DNA of 64,000 nt, from NCBI RefSeq assembly GCF_964204645.1, contig NC_134031.1, forward strand, positions 3,844,001 to 3,908,000. Reading direction: 5' to 3'. The stretch's first letter is position 1. The number at the start of each line of letters is the position of its first letter. Under the pieces are notes generated by a model that worked only from the letters and a program-made list of their open reading frames with translations, did no database searches and was not told the origin of the DNA. Made by a program: the position numbers and the translations under genes. Of the stretch, positions 12,101 through 23,300 are shown piece after piece. This stretch comes from Tubulanus polymorphus. Its lineage: Eukaryota > Animalia > Nemertea.

Positions 12101-15100
12101 AACCCCAATCATCAATTGACTAAATCTATCTATCATATTCCATTTATTTTCGTAATCTTTTTGATGGTGAAATAGATATCATTATCATCATAGGCCTAAT
12201 TCATCCTTATCGCGAGATGTTTATATTATCGAGGATCATCGGTTTCAGAATAATTATTCACTGAACGCACCTGAAACGTTTTATCGAACCAACGATTCGT
12301 GCTGTTGTATTTACTGCCGCCGCCGCAAAGCATCTGATAGCCGATCGCGCTGTCGACGTCCCAACCCTCGGCCGATCGGTCGATTTGTCGATCGAGACAT
12401 AAAACGAAAACGCTGTTCTGAATCGATCGCAGCGACGCCAAGTTCTTCTTATCTGAAAAATCGACGAAAACTTGCTTATTTCGAACGTACTTCAATTTCC
12501 TGTTTCATGTCCATTGCTTCAATATAGTTAGTGTAGACACTTATAGGTGGCGATATCAGCAGTATAATTCAGCCTGCTTGGCTACGTGTGGCAAGAGCAT
12601 GGATTTATGTGCAGCCTATTAATTTTCTTATCCACCGCCTGGTCGCCATTGACCTTCAAACTCATCTAAAGTATCAAAAGTGTAATTTTCTGATAGACAT
12701 CATAATAGATAGTTTTAAGCGTATAAATCCTTGTTTTGCAAGATTTCAAAGAAAGCATAACCTCACCAAATTGATTGAACACTAGGGGAGTCACTTTGAT
12801 CATGTTAATTGAACAGTTCTGGGTCCTACATCTTCAATCCTCAATCCTGACACCCCCTTGGTTAAACAATCTTGCATCTTCGACCATATATCATCAACAA
12901 GCACCAGTATTCATTTTTTCATACAGATAGTTACCTTGTATTAGGGTATCATAAGCGTTGGCCCATGTTGTACGATCTTCGGTGGTCAAAACACCAACGG
13001 GCGACGTAGATTTTTCTCGCGATTGATCGACGATCTTTTCGAGTCCTTTATTGAGTTCGTCGATGCTTAACGGTTTTCCGTCTGCGCCGTAAACGTTAAG
13101 TTCGAAAAACTGCGAATAACGAGATCAAGTTTATCGAAACCGAAGAGAACCGGTAACATCTCGTAAACATCCGCCGAAGAAATACTCACATGGTTATTGC
13201 GTAAAACGGTTACGTGCTTCGATGAACTCGGACCGTGCGGTAATCGGACGATGTTGTCGCTTTCGACTCCGGGAACTCGACAAGTGTTGAGCAGCGAGTA
13301 ATACTGATTCATGCATTGCGGTTGTTTGCCAGCTAAATCGACTGGTAAAGCAAAACTATAAGAATACAAACCAAATCATCAACTATCTCATACTATTCTT
13401 CTTCCATGCAGGTTTCAATCAGCAGCTTGTAACCTCTCTTTAGAAATTCACCATTTTTACCATTAAGTCTGGGCGATCACTTCTTGAATGTGTGGCCGGT
13501 TGCTCATAAGTTGGTTAAAGCTAACCAGTGGATGGTGACAATTAAAATTCCGTTGTTACTATGGTATTCATCCGCTGTTTTTCTTTAACCAACCTTTCAG
13601 CAATCTGGCCCCTGGTGTTTTTAGTTCATTAATCAGTTTCAATTTCAGTTAGCAATGCCTGAGGTGAAATCAGATTTACAATCAATGCTTAAACTTACTT
13701 GTCCAAAATTTTCTTATAGTCGAGAACGCCAGCAATGCACTGTGCAGCAAATCTAGAAAAGATACATCACATTAACAGGGGTTTCGTTCTGAAATGGTCC
13801 AAAACATATATCTTCTCTGCTGGGGTGTAGCTTGAATAACATCACGAGACTGCCAAAAATGAAATATCAATAGAATCATTGCGATAAAGTTTTGATAGAG
13901 TGCGCCCCCGCTTACCGGCATTGTTCTTGTACACCGCTAAATTTCTGTGGTTTGAAAATCAATCCTGGATTTGAATTTATTACGATCGGATCGCGGGACT
14001 TCATGTAGACGTAATGGATGAACCAATCAGATAACTGCATAAACATACAAAATAAATCAGTAAGGTCAGTTTGATAGCAGGAATAAAAAAGGATTTCTAA
14101 TTGGCTAATAATGAGTGACATGATCTAAACTGCGCATTGTAACTGCGCAGTCAGGCCAGTCAGGCAGGGTTTCATACGCTAGCGAGTCTCTGTGCCATCA
14201 GGTTCGAATCCCTGCTGAAGGAGGATGTTGGTACGTTGATGTGTGGGTTCATCAGCCTAGCGGTAGCTTGATTCGAGCGCTGTTTCCAATTTTGTCAAAC
14301 GTTCTCTTACCCAGTTTTCCTTTGTAATTGCCAGATCGAGAAGCATTTTCTGCAGCTTCGGTCCATCTCCATTAGCGTCTAGCAACTTCGCCGCGAGCTG
14401 GAAAAAACCATCATTCCAGTCGGATACAAAAAAGTGAAAAATTCAAAAAAGTAAAACATCAAATTCCAAGCATAAAATGAATCAAAAATCAAATGAAGTG
14501 ACTATTTTTATGTCACCCATAGGAGTCAATTTCTACCTGTGAAATAACCATGAAAATTGGAACTCAAAGACGCAAGCCAACAAGGCCAGATGCCAACACA
14601 AAACGTTTTCACTACTTATAGCCTAATCTTGACCTACCCTATTATAATGTATAGCCTAGGCTAAACCTACCCTATCATAATGCATTAACCAGTAGGCCTA
14701 CCTAACCCGAATGCCCTGGACCAAAAATGTATTTTTGCCTGGACCTAGGCCTATATAAACCCTAGAACTTGAACCCTAAACCAATTACCGATTTGTTACG
14801 TTCATATTCAGGATCGGCGACCAGCGGTCGAATGGACTTCAAATATTTATCGACCGTCTGCTGCAGAGGAGGCACTGGCAAGCGGCCGAGGCCTTCTTGT
14901 TTGACAACAACATGTTTGTTATCACCAGCGCTCGGCAGCGTACTGTAGTAGTGGTCCGGTTGAGAAGCATTCTTGTTGTAGTTGCTACCGGATGTCAACA
15001 CTCTGCTGCTACCCCTGCACACTAACTCCCTGTACTGGACCTGAAAAGTATATCAACATGAAATAGACAATGTTTGACGACACTACGCACTCTGTAACCT

Positions 15101-15363
15101 TCGCCAAATCCGATGCATTTGAAAAGCCAAATTTGTAGAGTAGGCCCTAAAAACCCTCTAAATATAGCTCTGTATGAACTATTCATAGTGCACATATTTC
15201 ATATTCAGCAGATAAATAGTTACTGTGATTTAGTATAGGCCTATATAGAAAAGGCCATTCCCCAATGACAATATTTAAAAAAAAACTTTTTAGGTTTTTA
15301 CTTGTAAAAGAAAATCTTCGAATACTTGGTGCTTACCATCGTCCTTGTCACGTGCCGTAACAT
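6118..15363 (-). CDS. CRAT: Carnitine O-acetyltransferase, 14 coding exons with two alternative copies of exon 9, about 649 aa
   Basis: Exons with GT-AG ends and consistent phases: 15337-15363, 14789-15040, 14311-14397, 13916-14034, 13699-13752, 13190-13355, 12935-13109, 12271-12452, [11616-11716 or 10889-10989], 9988-10107, 8606-8728, 8019-8214, 7364-7501, 6118-6327 (sum 1950 nt). Motifs: LPVPPLQQT, NRWFDKT, YEH catalytic His, SPDAFIQ, YESAS, GRTE, GVDRHL, FGP..PDGYG. C-terminal SKL. Confidence 0.95.
6437..6587. mobile_element. Tc1/mariner-type MITE
   Basis: TA-CAGCGGAA..CGTTAT / ATAACGACGTTCCGCTG termini. Relative at about 45213-45359 shares TTCTGGTCCCCTGAA. Confidence 0.6.
10575..10662. 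ncRNA. Inverted pair of minimal hammerhead motifs in a CRAT intron
   Basis: Minus 10575-10617: UGUAC-CUGAUGA...GC-GAAA-GC-UC-GUACA. Plus 10627-10662: CUGAUGA-A-ACUGCU..AGUAGU-GAAA-GC-UC. Outer inverted repeat GTGAAAACAGGT / ACCTGTTTTCAC. Confidence 0.65.
10889..10989 (-). CDS. CRAT: CRAT alternative exon 9b (MFVGSDGSFGACYEHSPAEATVVLSVLEHVVDH)
   Basis: 101 nt, TTTTAG acceptor and GTAAG donor, same phases as 9a, open frame containing YEHSPAE. Confidence 0.9.
11616..11716 (-). CDS. CRAT: CRAT alternative exon 9a (MIVGVDGSVGGAYEHTAAEAPALVAILDHAVEL)
   Basis: 101 nt, AG acceptor and GTGAG donor, phase 0 to 2, open frame containing the YEH catalytic motif. Confidence 0.9.
11914..11947 (+). ncRNA. 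Degenerate hammerhead motif
   Basis: CUGAAGA-C-GACUGUU(AGGA)AAUAGUC-cAAA-CG-UU. GAAA is mutated to CAAA. Confidence 0.45.
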
Positions 15364-15705
15364 TATTGACACAATTCGCGAGCTATTAAAAACATATCAG
15401 TTCAACAACCAATCGTTTTTAATGGAACACAGAGTTCCCGAAACAAGAACAAGGACGAACTGTCAAATATTCCACTTCCTGGTTCAAATCTACGGATGTG
15501 CGCTATTGCATATTCTAAAAGGTAATTTATTGGTGAATTCGGAAAACCAATAACAGAGACATTAAATGTATTTATAATAGGTAAAATAGAGGACCAGGCG
15601 TACAAATAAATAGAAAAAAGTCTTCGAAGTGATACAAACTTAAATTGAGGGTAATATCTGAGTCTAGGAATGCATTTTACGGGCTACCGTACAGAATAAT
15701 CAAAG
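15364..15705. promoter_or_regulatory. Bidirectional promoter and 5'UTR region shared by CRAT and PTPA
   Basis: Divergent start codons are 342 bp apart. A YY1-type AAGATGGCGGC motif overlaps the PTPA ATG. Confidence 0.75.
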
Positions 15706-18700
15706 ATGGCGGCGCCCATGTCTTCGATGCCTCCGCCGTTGAATCGCGGTGTTTTAGGTAATTTATTACATTTTACGCGGTTTTTAATTTCGTTTCGACT
15801 GTTTTATCCAATTGTGCATTCCCTCACCTATCAGACGGTACCCACTTTTACTTCCGAGTAGTATCTTTTGCGTGTAAAATGGCATGAAGTTCAAATAATT
15901 TCTAGATCTGGTCGACTGTCTGTGACAATTCAATCAAAATCAAATTTATTTGTAACTTAGAGGCAAATCTTAAAAAGTGTTGATCTTGAAATAGGGAATA
16001 GTCTTTCTTTTATTTGATTGTTAGATTTAATTTGATATGATTTTGAATCTGTGGTACGGATGAGTGCAGTCTGTGGCTTGTTGTTGGAGTTTAGAGAGGG
16101 GTTGGTAGCAGCTTGGATCATCAAATTTTTGCTAGCCCGATGTTTTTAAAAGTTATGAGTTCTCGAAATCAATTACAGGCCCAAGGTCACAGCAGCAAGA
16201 TCAGGTGGGAGAGCCCGTTAATATCGAACAACATGAATTCAAGATTCCGAAAAAAGAGATCAGTAATATTGCCGACATGAAAACGAAATGGGAAACAAGT
16301 CAGGTAAAAAGTAAACCCCGCCTTCGATATACCCAATATACCCAACTTTTGACTAAAATGAAAATTATTTATTTCCTATTTTGTTTCTTTGTGATCCTTC
16401 TCAGACTTCTAGGACCAATTTTGCCACCGGTCTCAGTTGGTCCGAGTCTGGCGAGGTTTACTGTGTCGATTGATCAGAATCAGGTGTTCTTACTGTTGCC
16501 TCGTTTTTGTAAATAGATGAATCGAGCAGACGAAAACCCATTATGAGAAACCCACAATATCAATTTTTAAACGACTTTTGTTTTCAAATGAACTCCAAAG
16601 ATGGATGGAAGGATCCGAAATGTAAGAAAATCAAAACAGTTGTTTGAATAGATGTTGCGGGCTTCTCATGATAATATTCATCAAGACTGGAAATAGTCTC
16701 AACTGTTTACAGACTTAAACCCCTTGATTGAGACTATGATAGCTGTTGTAAGTTAAACATATTTGTTTGTATTCCATTACAGGCTTACCACGATCTACTC
16801 GGTTTTATCAGTGCCATGAATTCGTCGGTGAAAGGTAAAAAGATAAGCGATGAATACGTAATATCCGAGGTATGTTCATTTCTTTGATTTGAGATGTATT
16901 TCTTTTTGAAAATTTTTCATTTTGAAATTCCGCAAAAAAATTGATACTTGAGATGGCATTGCTTTTGTCATATCATAGGCCGTAACGAAACAATTGGAAC
17001 TTCTGGAAGCGTTGGAAAAACTGATATCCGATTTCCCGCCGATTGATCAGCCGCAGAGGTTTGGTAACAAAGCATTTCGGTCTTATTTCGATAAACTGAA
17101 GGAGGTACGGTTGATTTAGGTGTAACGTTAGGGGCTTTACTTCAAGCAATTTAGCTGACATAGTTGGTTTTTGGTTCTTGGAATTTTCATGAATATTTCT
17201 TGTCAGAGCCACACAGAGAACCCGTCTCAAATTCCCCGTTAGATACTGACTAGGACTAAAACTGTATAAGCTCTTGTTGCACCTTAGATTCTACCCAGTA
17301 GTTGGTTCTCTGTGAAGGTCATGACTACATCAGCCTCAGTCATTAATTAGGATGTCGTTTGTGCTTGCTGCAAATATAGTGTAGTATAAATTAAGCATCA
17401 GTAACATATGTTCTTTTTTCTTGTTAGACAAGCGAAGCTTTAGTCCGAGATTCATTGGACGAAAAATATCACAAAGCCATTCCGGAAATAACTGTGTATC
17501 TGGTAGAAAGCGTTGGCAATTATACTCGAATAGATTATGGAACAGGTAAGCACAGACGGACATCAGCATCGTCCCTGGGTTTAGATATTCATTTGCTTGA
17601 ATATTGAATAATCAGACTTTTCCATAGCCGCTAGTTTTCATGCACCGCTATCAATCTACATCCTGGTACCGAACCCTTCAGACATTCACCATTGTAGTGA
17701 GAGACAGATTGACAATCACTTATAGAAAGTGAGCTGATAGATGGCTGAAAATACTGGTGATTAGATCAGTGAAAATGTCGTCTCAGGTGATCATGTCATG
17801 AACCCAGGTGTGGGACATGTACTGCAAAAGTATTGAATGTCTGAGGGGTCCAGGCCATCAATTGATACATTAATTTTGAATTACCAGTAAAATTCACCAA
17901 ATTTCTATATCCGTGTTCATTTGTGTTTTATTCTAGGTCACGAATTGGCTTATGTAGCATTTTTATGTTGTTTGTTTAAAATCGGAGTACTTATGCAAAG
18001 CGACGCAATCGCTGTTGTCTTCAAAGTATTTGACAGGTATTTATATTGTCGAAAAAGATCTTAACTTCAAATTAACATCAAGGGCCAGTTCCATAGTAAT
18101 TAGTTGATACTTAAGTCCAAAGATTGGTCTCAAGTTGTTAGATTGGCTATAAGAAGTAAGAGGGTCTTAGACTGGTCTTAAGTCTGAGCCATGAATCGGG
18201 AATCAGCCTCAGGTCATCAACCTACAGATGAATGACGTTTTTTGTTTGTAGATATTTAGAATTAGTGCGTAAGTTACAGCTGGCGTACCGGATGGAACCG
18301 GCCGGATCCCAAGGAGCGTGGAGTCTCGACGATTTCCAGTTCGTTCCGTTCATTTGGGGAAGCGCGCAATTCCTAAGTAAGTATTGAAATTCAATTCAAG
18401 ATCTTAGACAGGCCGAGTCTACTGTATGTTGAATTTTGCATTGTCTTATAGTTGTGTTTTTAATATGTTTTTTGCAGACAATCCGATCATTTCACCGGTC
18501 AATTTCATTGAAGTCGACGTCATCCAACGTTACCACAAAGATTATATGTTTCTATCGTGTATCAAGTATATCAACAGTGTAAGTGAAATAATCGATTCTT
18601 TCAAGAAGATTACCATAGCGCTTTGGTCATTGTGGTACTGCCTCAATATGCGTTGGTGCCTCTCCGCAAGAAAATTTTTAGAATAAGTAGCATTTAAAAA

Positions 18701-19677
18701 ACCAAACTAACAGTCAAGGTTTATATCCATGAATACGCTTTCAGTTTTAATACTAGCTTTGATTCATCAGATGGAGTTTTTAACCTCTTGGTCTTATCTT
18801 CTGACAGTCAAGGCTTAGATTTTCCAGCATAGGACCATCTTAGATCTATCGCCAATCTAAATATATAAGTCTTATGAGTTAATAACACACGTTGACTGCA
18901 CAACTGGTTCCTGGGCCAGGTTGAGCCATCGAACTGTTAGATTGGCTATTGAACTTAGACCGTCTTAGACTAGACTTTAATCTAACTGTCGACTACGCAG
19001 CTGAGTCCTGGAAGTCATATTTGTTTTCTTTTGTGAATTGTCATCATGAATTTTTGATTTTTTTTTTTCATCAGGTAAAAACTGGTCCATTCGCCGAACA
19101 CTCGAATCAGTTGTGGAATATCAGCGCGGTGCCGTACTGGTCGAAAGTTAATTCGGGCCTCATCAAAATGTATAAAGCAGATGTGAGTAGATGTTGTCAC
19201 GAAAATGAATGCCTCAGCCTCGAACCATCCGCTTGGGACATTCATCATTCTAGCATGAAGTCTTGAGTCGCTTCTTGAAAACACTTATAATCAGGCTTCT
19301 TGCAGATCAGAGAAATCAGGCAATTCCAGATTTATCATAACCTGCAGGGAAAATCAGGGGATTCTGATTATTTTCTTGAAAATCATAGAGTTGGATTGGG
19401 TGATGGGTGGTGCATGAAGCCTCTTGAGAAGAAATATGGGATATCTTGAAATCTAATCAGGGAATTTTTGGTCACAGTCGGGGAAAATATCAAGGAATTT
19501 TGGATTCCCTGATCTGTAAGAACCGTGAATAGTATCTGGCGTTCGTAGCCAATGATAGTAAGGTGAACTGTTCATTTATTGTTTTAGGTTTTATCCAAGT
19601 TTCCGGTGATGCAACATTTTCTGTTCGGTTCGCTGCTCGCGATCGAGCCCATTCCCAAACGTGGGCCGCCTCCTTGA
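15706..19677 (+). CDS. PTPA: Serine/threonine-protein phosphatase 2A activator, 10 exons
   Basis: Exons about 15706-15757, 16179-16303, 16783-16869, 16979-17104, 17428-17545, 17937-18036, 18252-18376, 18478-18578, 19075-19182, 19588-19677. Motifs: [70 protein letters not shown]. Confidence 0.95.
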
Positions 19678-20209
19678 ATTAATCGTTCGTAGGACAATCC
19701 ATCGAAATGTACCGCGTTCCTGGTCATTGCTCGTAACATAACGATGAATTTTACAGCGTGTGTTTAGAAACATTATTCGCTCCAATATTGAAAATGCGCA
19801 ATTCAGAATGTCGGAAAACTATAATATTTCACTTTCTTTAGAAAATGTAAATATAGCCATTGATACAACTATTGTGCACTAAACAACGTAATATCGTGTG
19901 AGGAATCATGGAATCTTAAACTAAAGTCCATGATGGCGGAACTAAGGAAAATTTCGACGATGAAAGACTGAAAATAGAATTTACTCAATGAGAATAGTTA
20001 TGCTTGTGTAGATTGTGTAAAAAAAAAACGATTCCAAAGTTATGTTATAATGTATATATGTGTATTTATTAGAATATGCTGTCGAAATGAAATAAAATAG
20101 CTTTTCTATTTACGCAGTTCTATTGCATCTGGAATGCTGTCTCATGGTCGTCTCTATATCAAGAGATATGATACGTTCAAGAAATGTCATTACATCGATA
20201 ACGAACTAA

Positions 20210-20356
20210 AGAGAACATTCAAACTTCGGTCCGGAATTCTTCGAAGAAATCGAAGATTTGAAATATAACTATCGAGAATCTGTGCAGAAAAATGTTCAAT
20301 ACGAAGATAAATTGTCTCAAATATCAGAACAATTCGGTATTTCTATAAAACTATAG
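20210..20356 (+). pseudogene. Fragment resembling the CEP290 extreme C-terminus
   Basis: Reads REHSNFGPEFFEEIEDLKYNYRESVQKNVQYEDKLSQISEQFGISIKL*, matching the recalled CEP290 tail (FFEEIEDLKYNY...SEQLG). In-frame stop immediately upstream, AATAAA at about 20462, and no other CEP290 exons seen. Confidence 0.75.
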
Positions 20357-20554
20357 AAATCGGCTCTTAGAGTTAAAATTTCTTGGAGAGCTGATGGATA
20401 CACTTTAGAACATCGCCGATCTCAATTAACCGGATTAAAGAGACGCACAGATATAAAGTGAAATAAAATTTATTTCAATAAAGAATATTTTGATTTTTAA
20501 TCCTGCACCTAATCAATCGGGGAAGATAGAGGAATTTATTGTTCGTGTGTGTGT

Positions 20555-20993
20555 TTAGCTACATATATCAATATCACACGGTCTGGAACCTCGCCGAATT
20601 GATCTCTGAAGAAGGGCATTTACTTTTTCTTTGTCGTCATCAGCTGCTGCCATGGCCCAGATAGACACGAAAATCCCACAAAGCGGAACAACGAATTTGT
20701 ACATTTCACCTAAAAAAAAATATAGATTAGATTACCTTCTTTTACAAGCATTTACAAATTTAAAAGATTTAAAACAAAATTTATCAATGAAGAATTCGAT
20801 TATTTCAATTATTATTAATGATTATGATAGTCAACTTGGTCTCCCCTTCCCCTGTTTAAGTCATTTCACATATTCACACCGGACGATGGTCTCTAGAGTC
20901 CGAAACGTTTTCTTGTGAATTTCAAATGTCTTATATATACACGTATACATGTAGATAGTTAAAAAGATGAATTCCAGACGACTTACCGATCAT
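20555..20993 (-). CDS. Small secreted prepro-peptide, 53 aa: MIGEMYKFVVPLCGIFVSIWAMAAA-DDDKEKVNALLQRSIRR-GSRPCDIDICS
   Basis: CDS is 20987-20993 plus 20555-20709. Acceptors are T9AG (20710-20720) and TTTCCAG (21023-21029); donors are GTAAGT (20981-20986 and 21176-21181). Hydrophobic signal-like N-terminus, RxxRR site, two Cys, and AATAAA at 20535-20540. Confidence 0.7.
20872..20920 (+). ncRNA. Degenerate hammerhead motif
   Basis: AUUCACA..CgGACGA-U-GGUCUCUAGAGUCC-GAAA-CG-UU..UGUGAAU. CUGA is mutated to CGGA. Confidence 0.45.
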
Positions 20994-21666
20994 TGTAGAT
21001 AACGTGTTGAAGCTGATAAAACCTGGAAACACAAACAATTATAGGCTACTTTCTAGTTATATATGTAAGAGCCGTCGGTTGATGGCGGTGATGTGAATAT
21101 TGGGTTGTTCGGTGGTGTACCAGAACACCGTCCAAACCATTTCCCACAAGCTATGATAATTTCAGTATATATGTTACTTACGTGTTTAGTGGTTGGAGCT
21201 ATGATCTGCTGTTTCTGCTAGTTTCCCTTGAATATATTTCCAGTTAGTTCAGCATATTTTTTCAGCGATAGGAAATAAGAGGAATTTGAAGCCACTTTGA
21301 TGAGTACTCCAAAATGAAATACGAATAAAATTTCGATAAGTTATTCGATATTACATTTCCCAAGTTCAGATGATTCGCTAACTATACATGGAATATATAT
21401 ATAATAGGACAATAAATACGCATGATTTGTCACTGTGTGAACTCAATTTTTACGAGGTCAAAACTGTTCTTAGAGATGCTCTTAGGAATTCAATGATCTC
21501 TTGTTAGAATGAATGAAAAACCCCGGAATCTCCATAAACGACGTGTGTAATGTTAAACGATCTTGATCATGAGGCCTTTCATTTCCTTAATCGAAAGTTG
21601 TACAGGTCTTCAAAGATCTCAGTTGGGGAAGCTTGGGAGACTGGGTGTCGGCAGTCTAGCTTATTA

Positions 21667-22647
21667 GGTGGTTTGTTTCAATCGGTAATCCACTCCCATT
21701 TGTTAAATTGCGACTTCCATGGAAAAAGACAACGTGATTTTTTAAATCCTGTCGAAAATACAGTTAAACAAAATTTGTGAAATTAAGATTGCACACCCTT
21801 ATCGAATTTTAAGGTGGTTTGAACGTAATTTCCTACGCTACTGGCTAACATATAACACTGCGAATACATTTTCCTGAGAGACCTCATAGGACGTGTATCT
21901 TCATTTTGGAAATTCACGGGTCCATAATCAATCGGCACCACTTTTGTTTCCAACCTATAGCAAACGCTGTTCCGAAGCTATGAACTCGAAATGAGGCCAT
22001 TTGCAGTAAATGAAACGGGACCTCAAGTTCTTTCACATTTCTGTCTTTATCAAATGGACTGAAGATGCAACCAATTTGAAAAAGCTTAAAAAACAGGTCT
22101 CTCATTCGGATTTTGGTATTTTATTTCGGTTTGCTGTTTAGGTGAAGTTTCACTTGTGCTATCGAGTTTCACTTTGTTTCTATGATATATTTCATTGATC
22201 GACTTGAACTCTTACAATGTATTATCGAGTTACCGGTAGAATTATAGTACAAGTGGATTCGAATTCCCATCTAAAACCATCTGAAAAATTAGAATATTAA
22301 GTTACAAATAAAAATGATTGAATTCTTATGTTACAGATAAAAGTTCAAGAGGAAGCAAAGACCATACTTCCAAAAACACAAACTTCTCACGTACATATAA
22401 ATACGAATTCGCATCGCATGAACATACTATACGAGGTCTCTCAGGAAACTGTATTCGCAGTGTTTAATGTTAGCAACTGGCGTGCCAAAATCCGTTCAAA
22501 CCACCTAAAATCCGATAAGGGTGTGTAATCTTAATTTCACAAATTTTTCAACTGTATTTTGCGCGGATTTACAAAATCATATTTTATTCTTGTATGGAAG
22601 TCGCAATCTAACAAATGGTAGTCGATTACCGATTGAAACAAACCACC
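21667..22647. repeat. About 220-bp inverted duplication or foldback element
   Basis: 21667-21889 is the reverse complement of 22427-22647 (roughly 80% by eye), with a spacer of about 540 bp. Confidence 0.85.
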
Positions 22648-22720
22648 ATTCTTTGCTGCATGTTAGCTATTACCAAAAATACACAAAGAGGATCTTTAGG
22701 TACCAACTTAACGTATTTTT

Positions 22721-22905
22721 AGATCGATAACCACACTCACACGTCGTGAACGGATAATAAGATAAAAGCAAGAAATGTATTAATTCGAACAATCTAAAAT
22801 GTATAAAATACATGACGTTTCGATCTCACCCCAGAGATCATCGTCAGGTGGGTAAACCTGACTTTAAATTCTTTTAATTTGTTGATAGTGGTTTTTATTA
22901 TCTTA
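22721..22905. mobile_element. Second copy of the same Penelope-like pLTR/hammerhead family
   Basis: Homologous to 1284-1528. Hammerhead on minus strand at 22810-22851. 13-bp target duplication TTAACGTATTTTT at 22708-22720 and 22906-22918. Confidence 0.7.
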
Positions 22906-23300
22906 TTAACGTATTTTTCCTATTACGTACGTATTCTACAGTTTTACCGAATACTGGCCTCACCGAGATTTTATTGAAGAAGTATTTTTGCAAGGATACG
23001 GAGCTTCACAGATTATTTGCATTCTTCTTTTGTTATTCTTGGACTTCAAACGCGTTTACACGCTTCAAATGTGTTCGATGCCTGTCGCGCGCGGTCTTAC
23101 TTCTTAGCCAGTAATAATTACAGAATCAGATCGAGAGTAATCGAGAGTACGTGTCATGCGCCTTGGGTTCGGAAACAAATTAATGATTAGTAGGCGGATG
23201 ACGTGAAAAAGTCGTGATCGCAAATTCAGTTGTTCTCAGCGGGAATTTTGGCTTAGAAAATTTGAGAAATAAACATAACGTAATAAGAACTATACTCTTG

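Noticed and set aside
14160-14220. tRNA gene (GGTTCGAATCC B box)
   Set aside because: No cloverleaf or clear A box; at most a SINE remnant.
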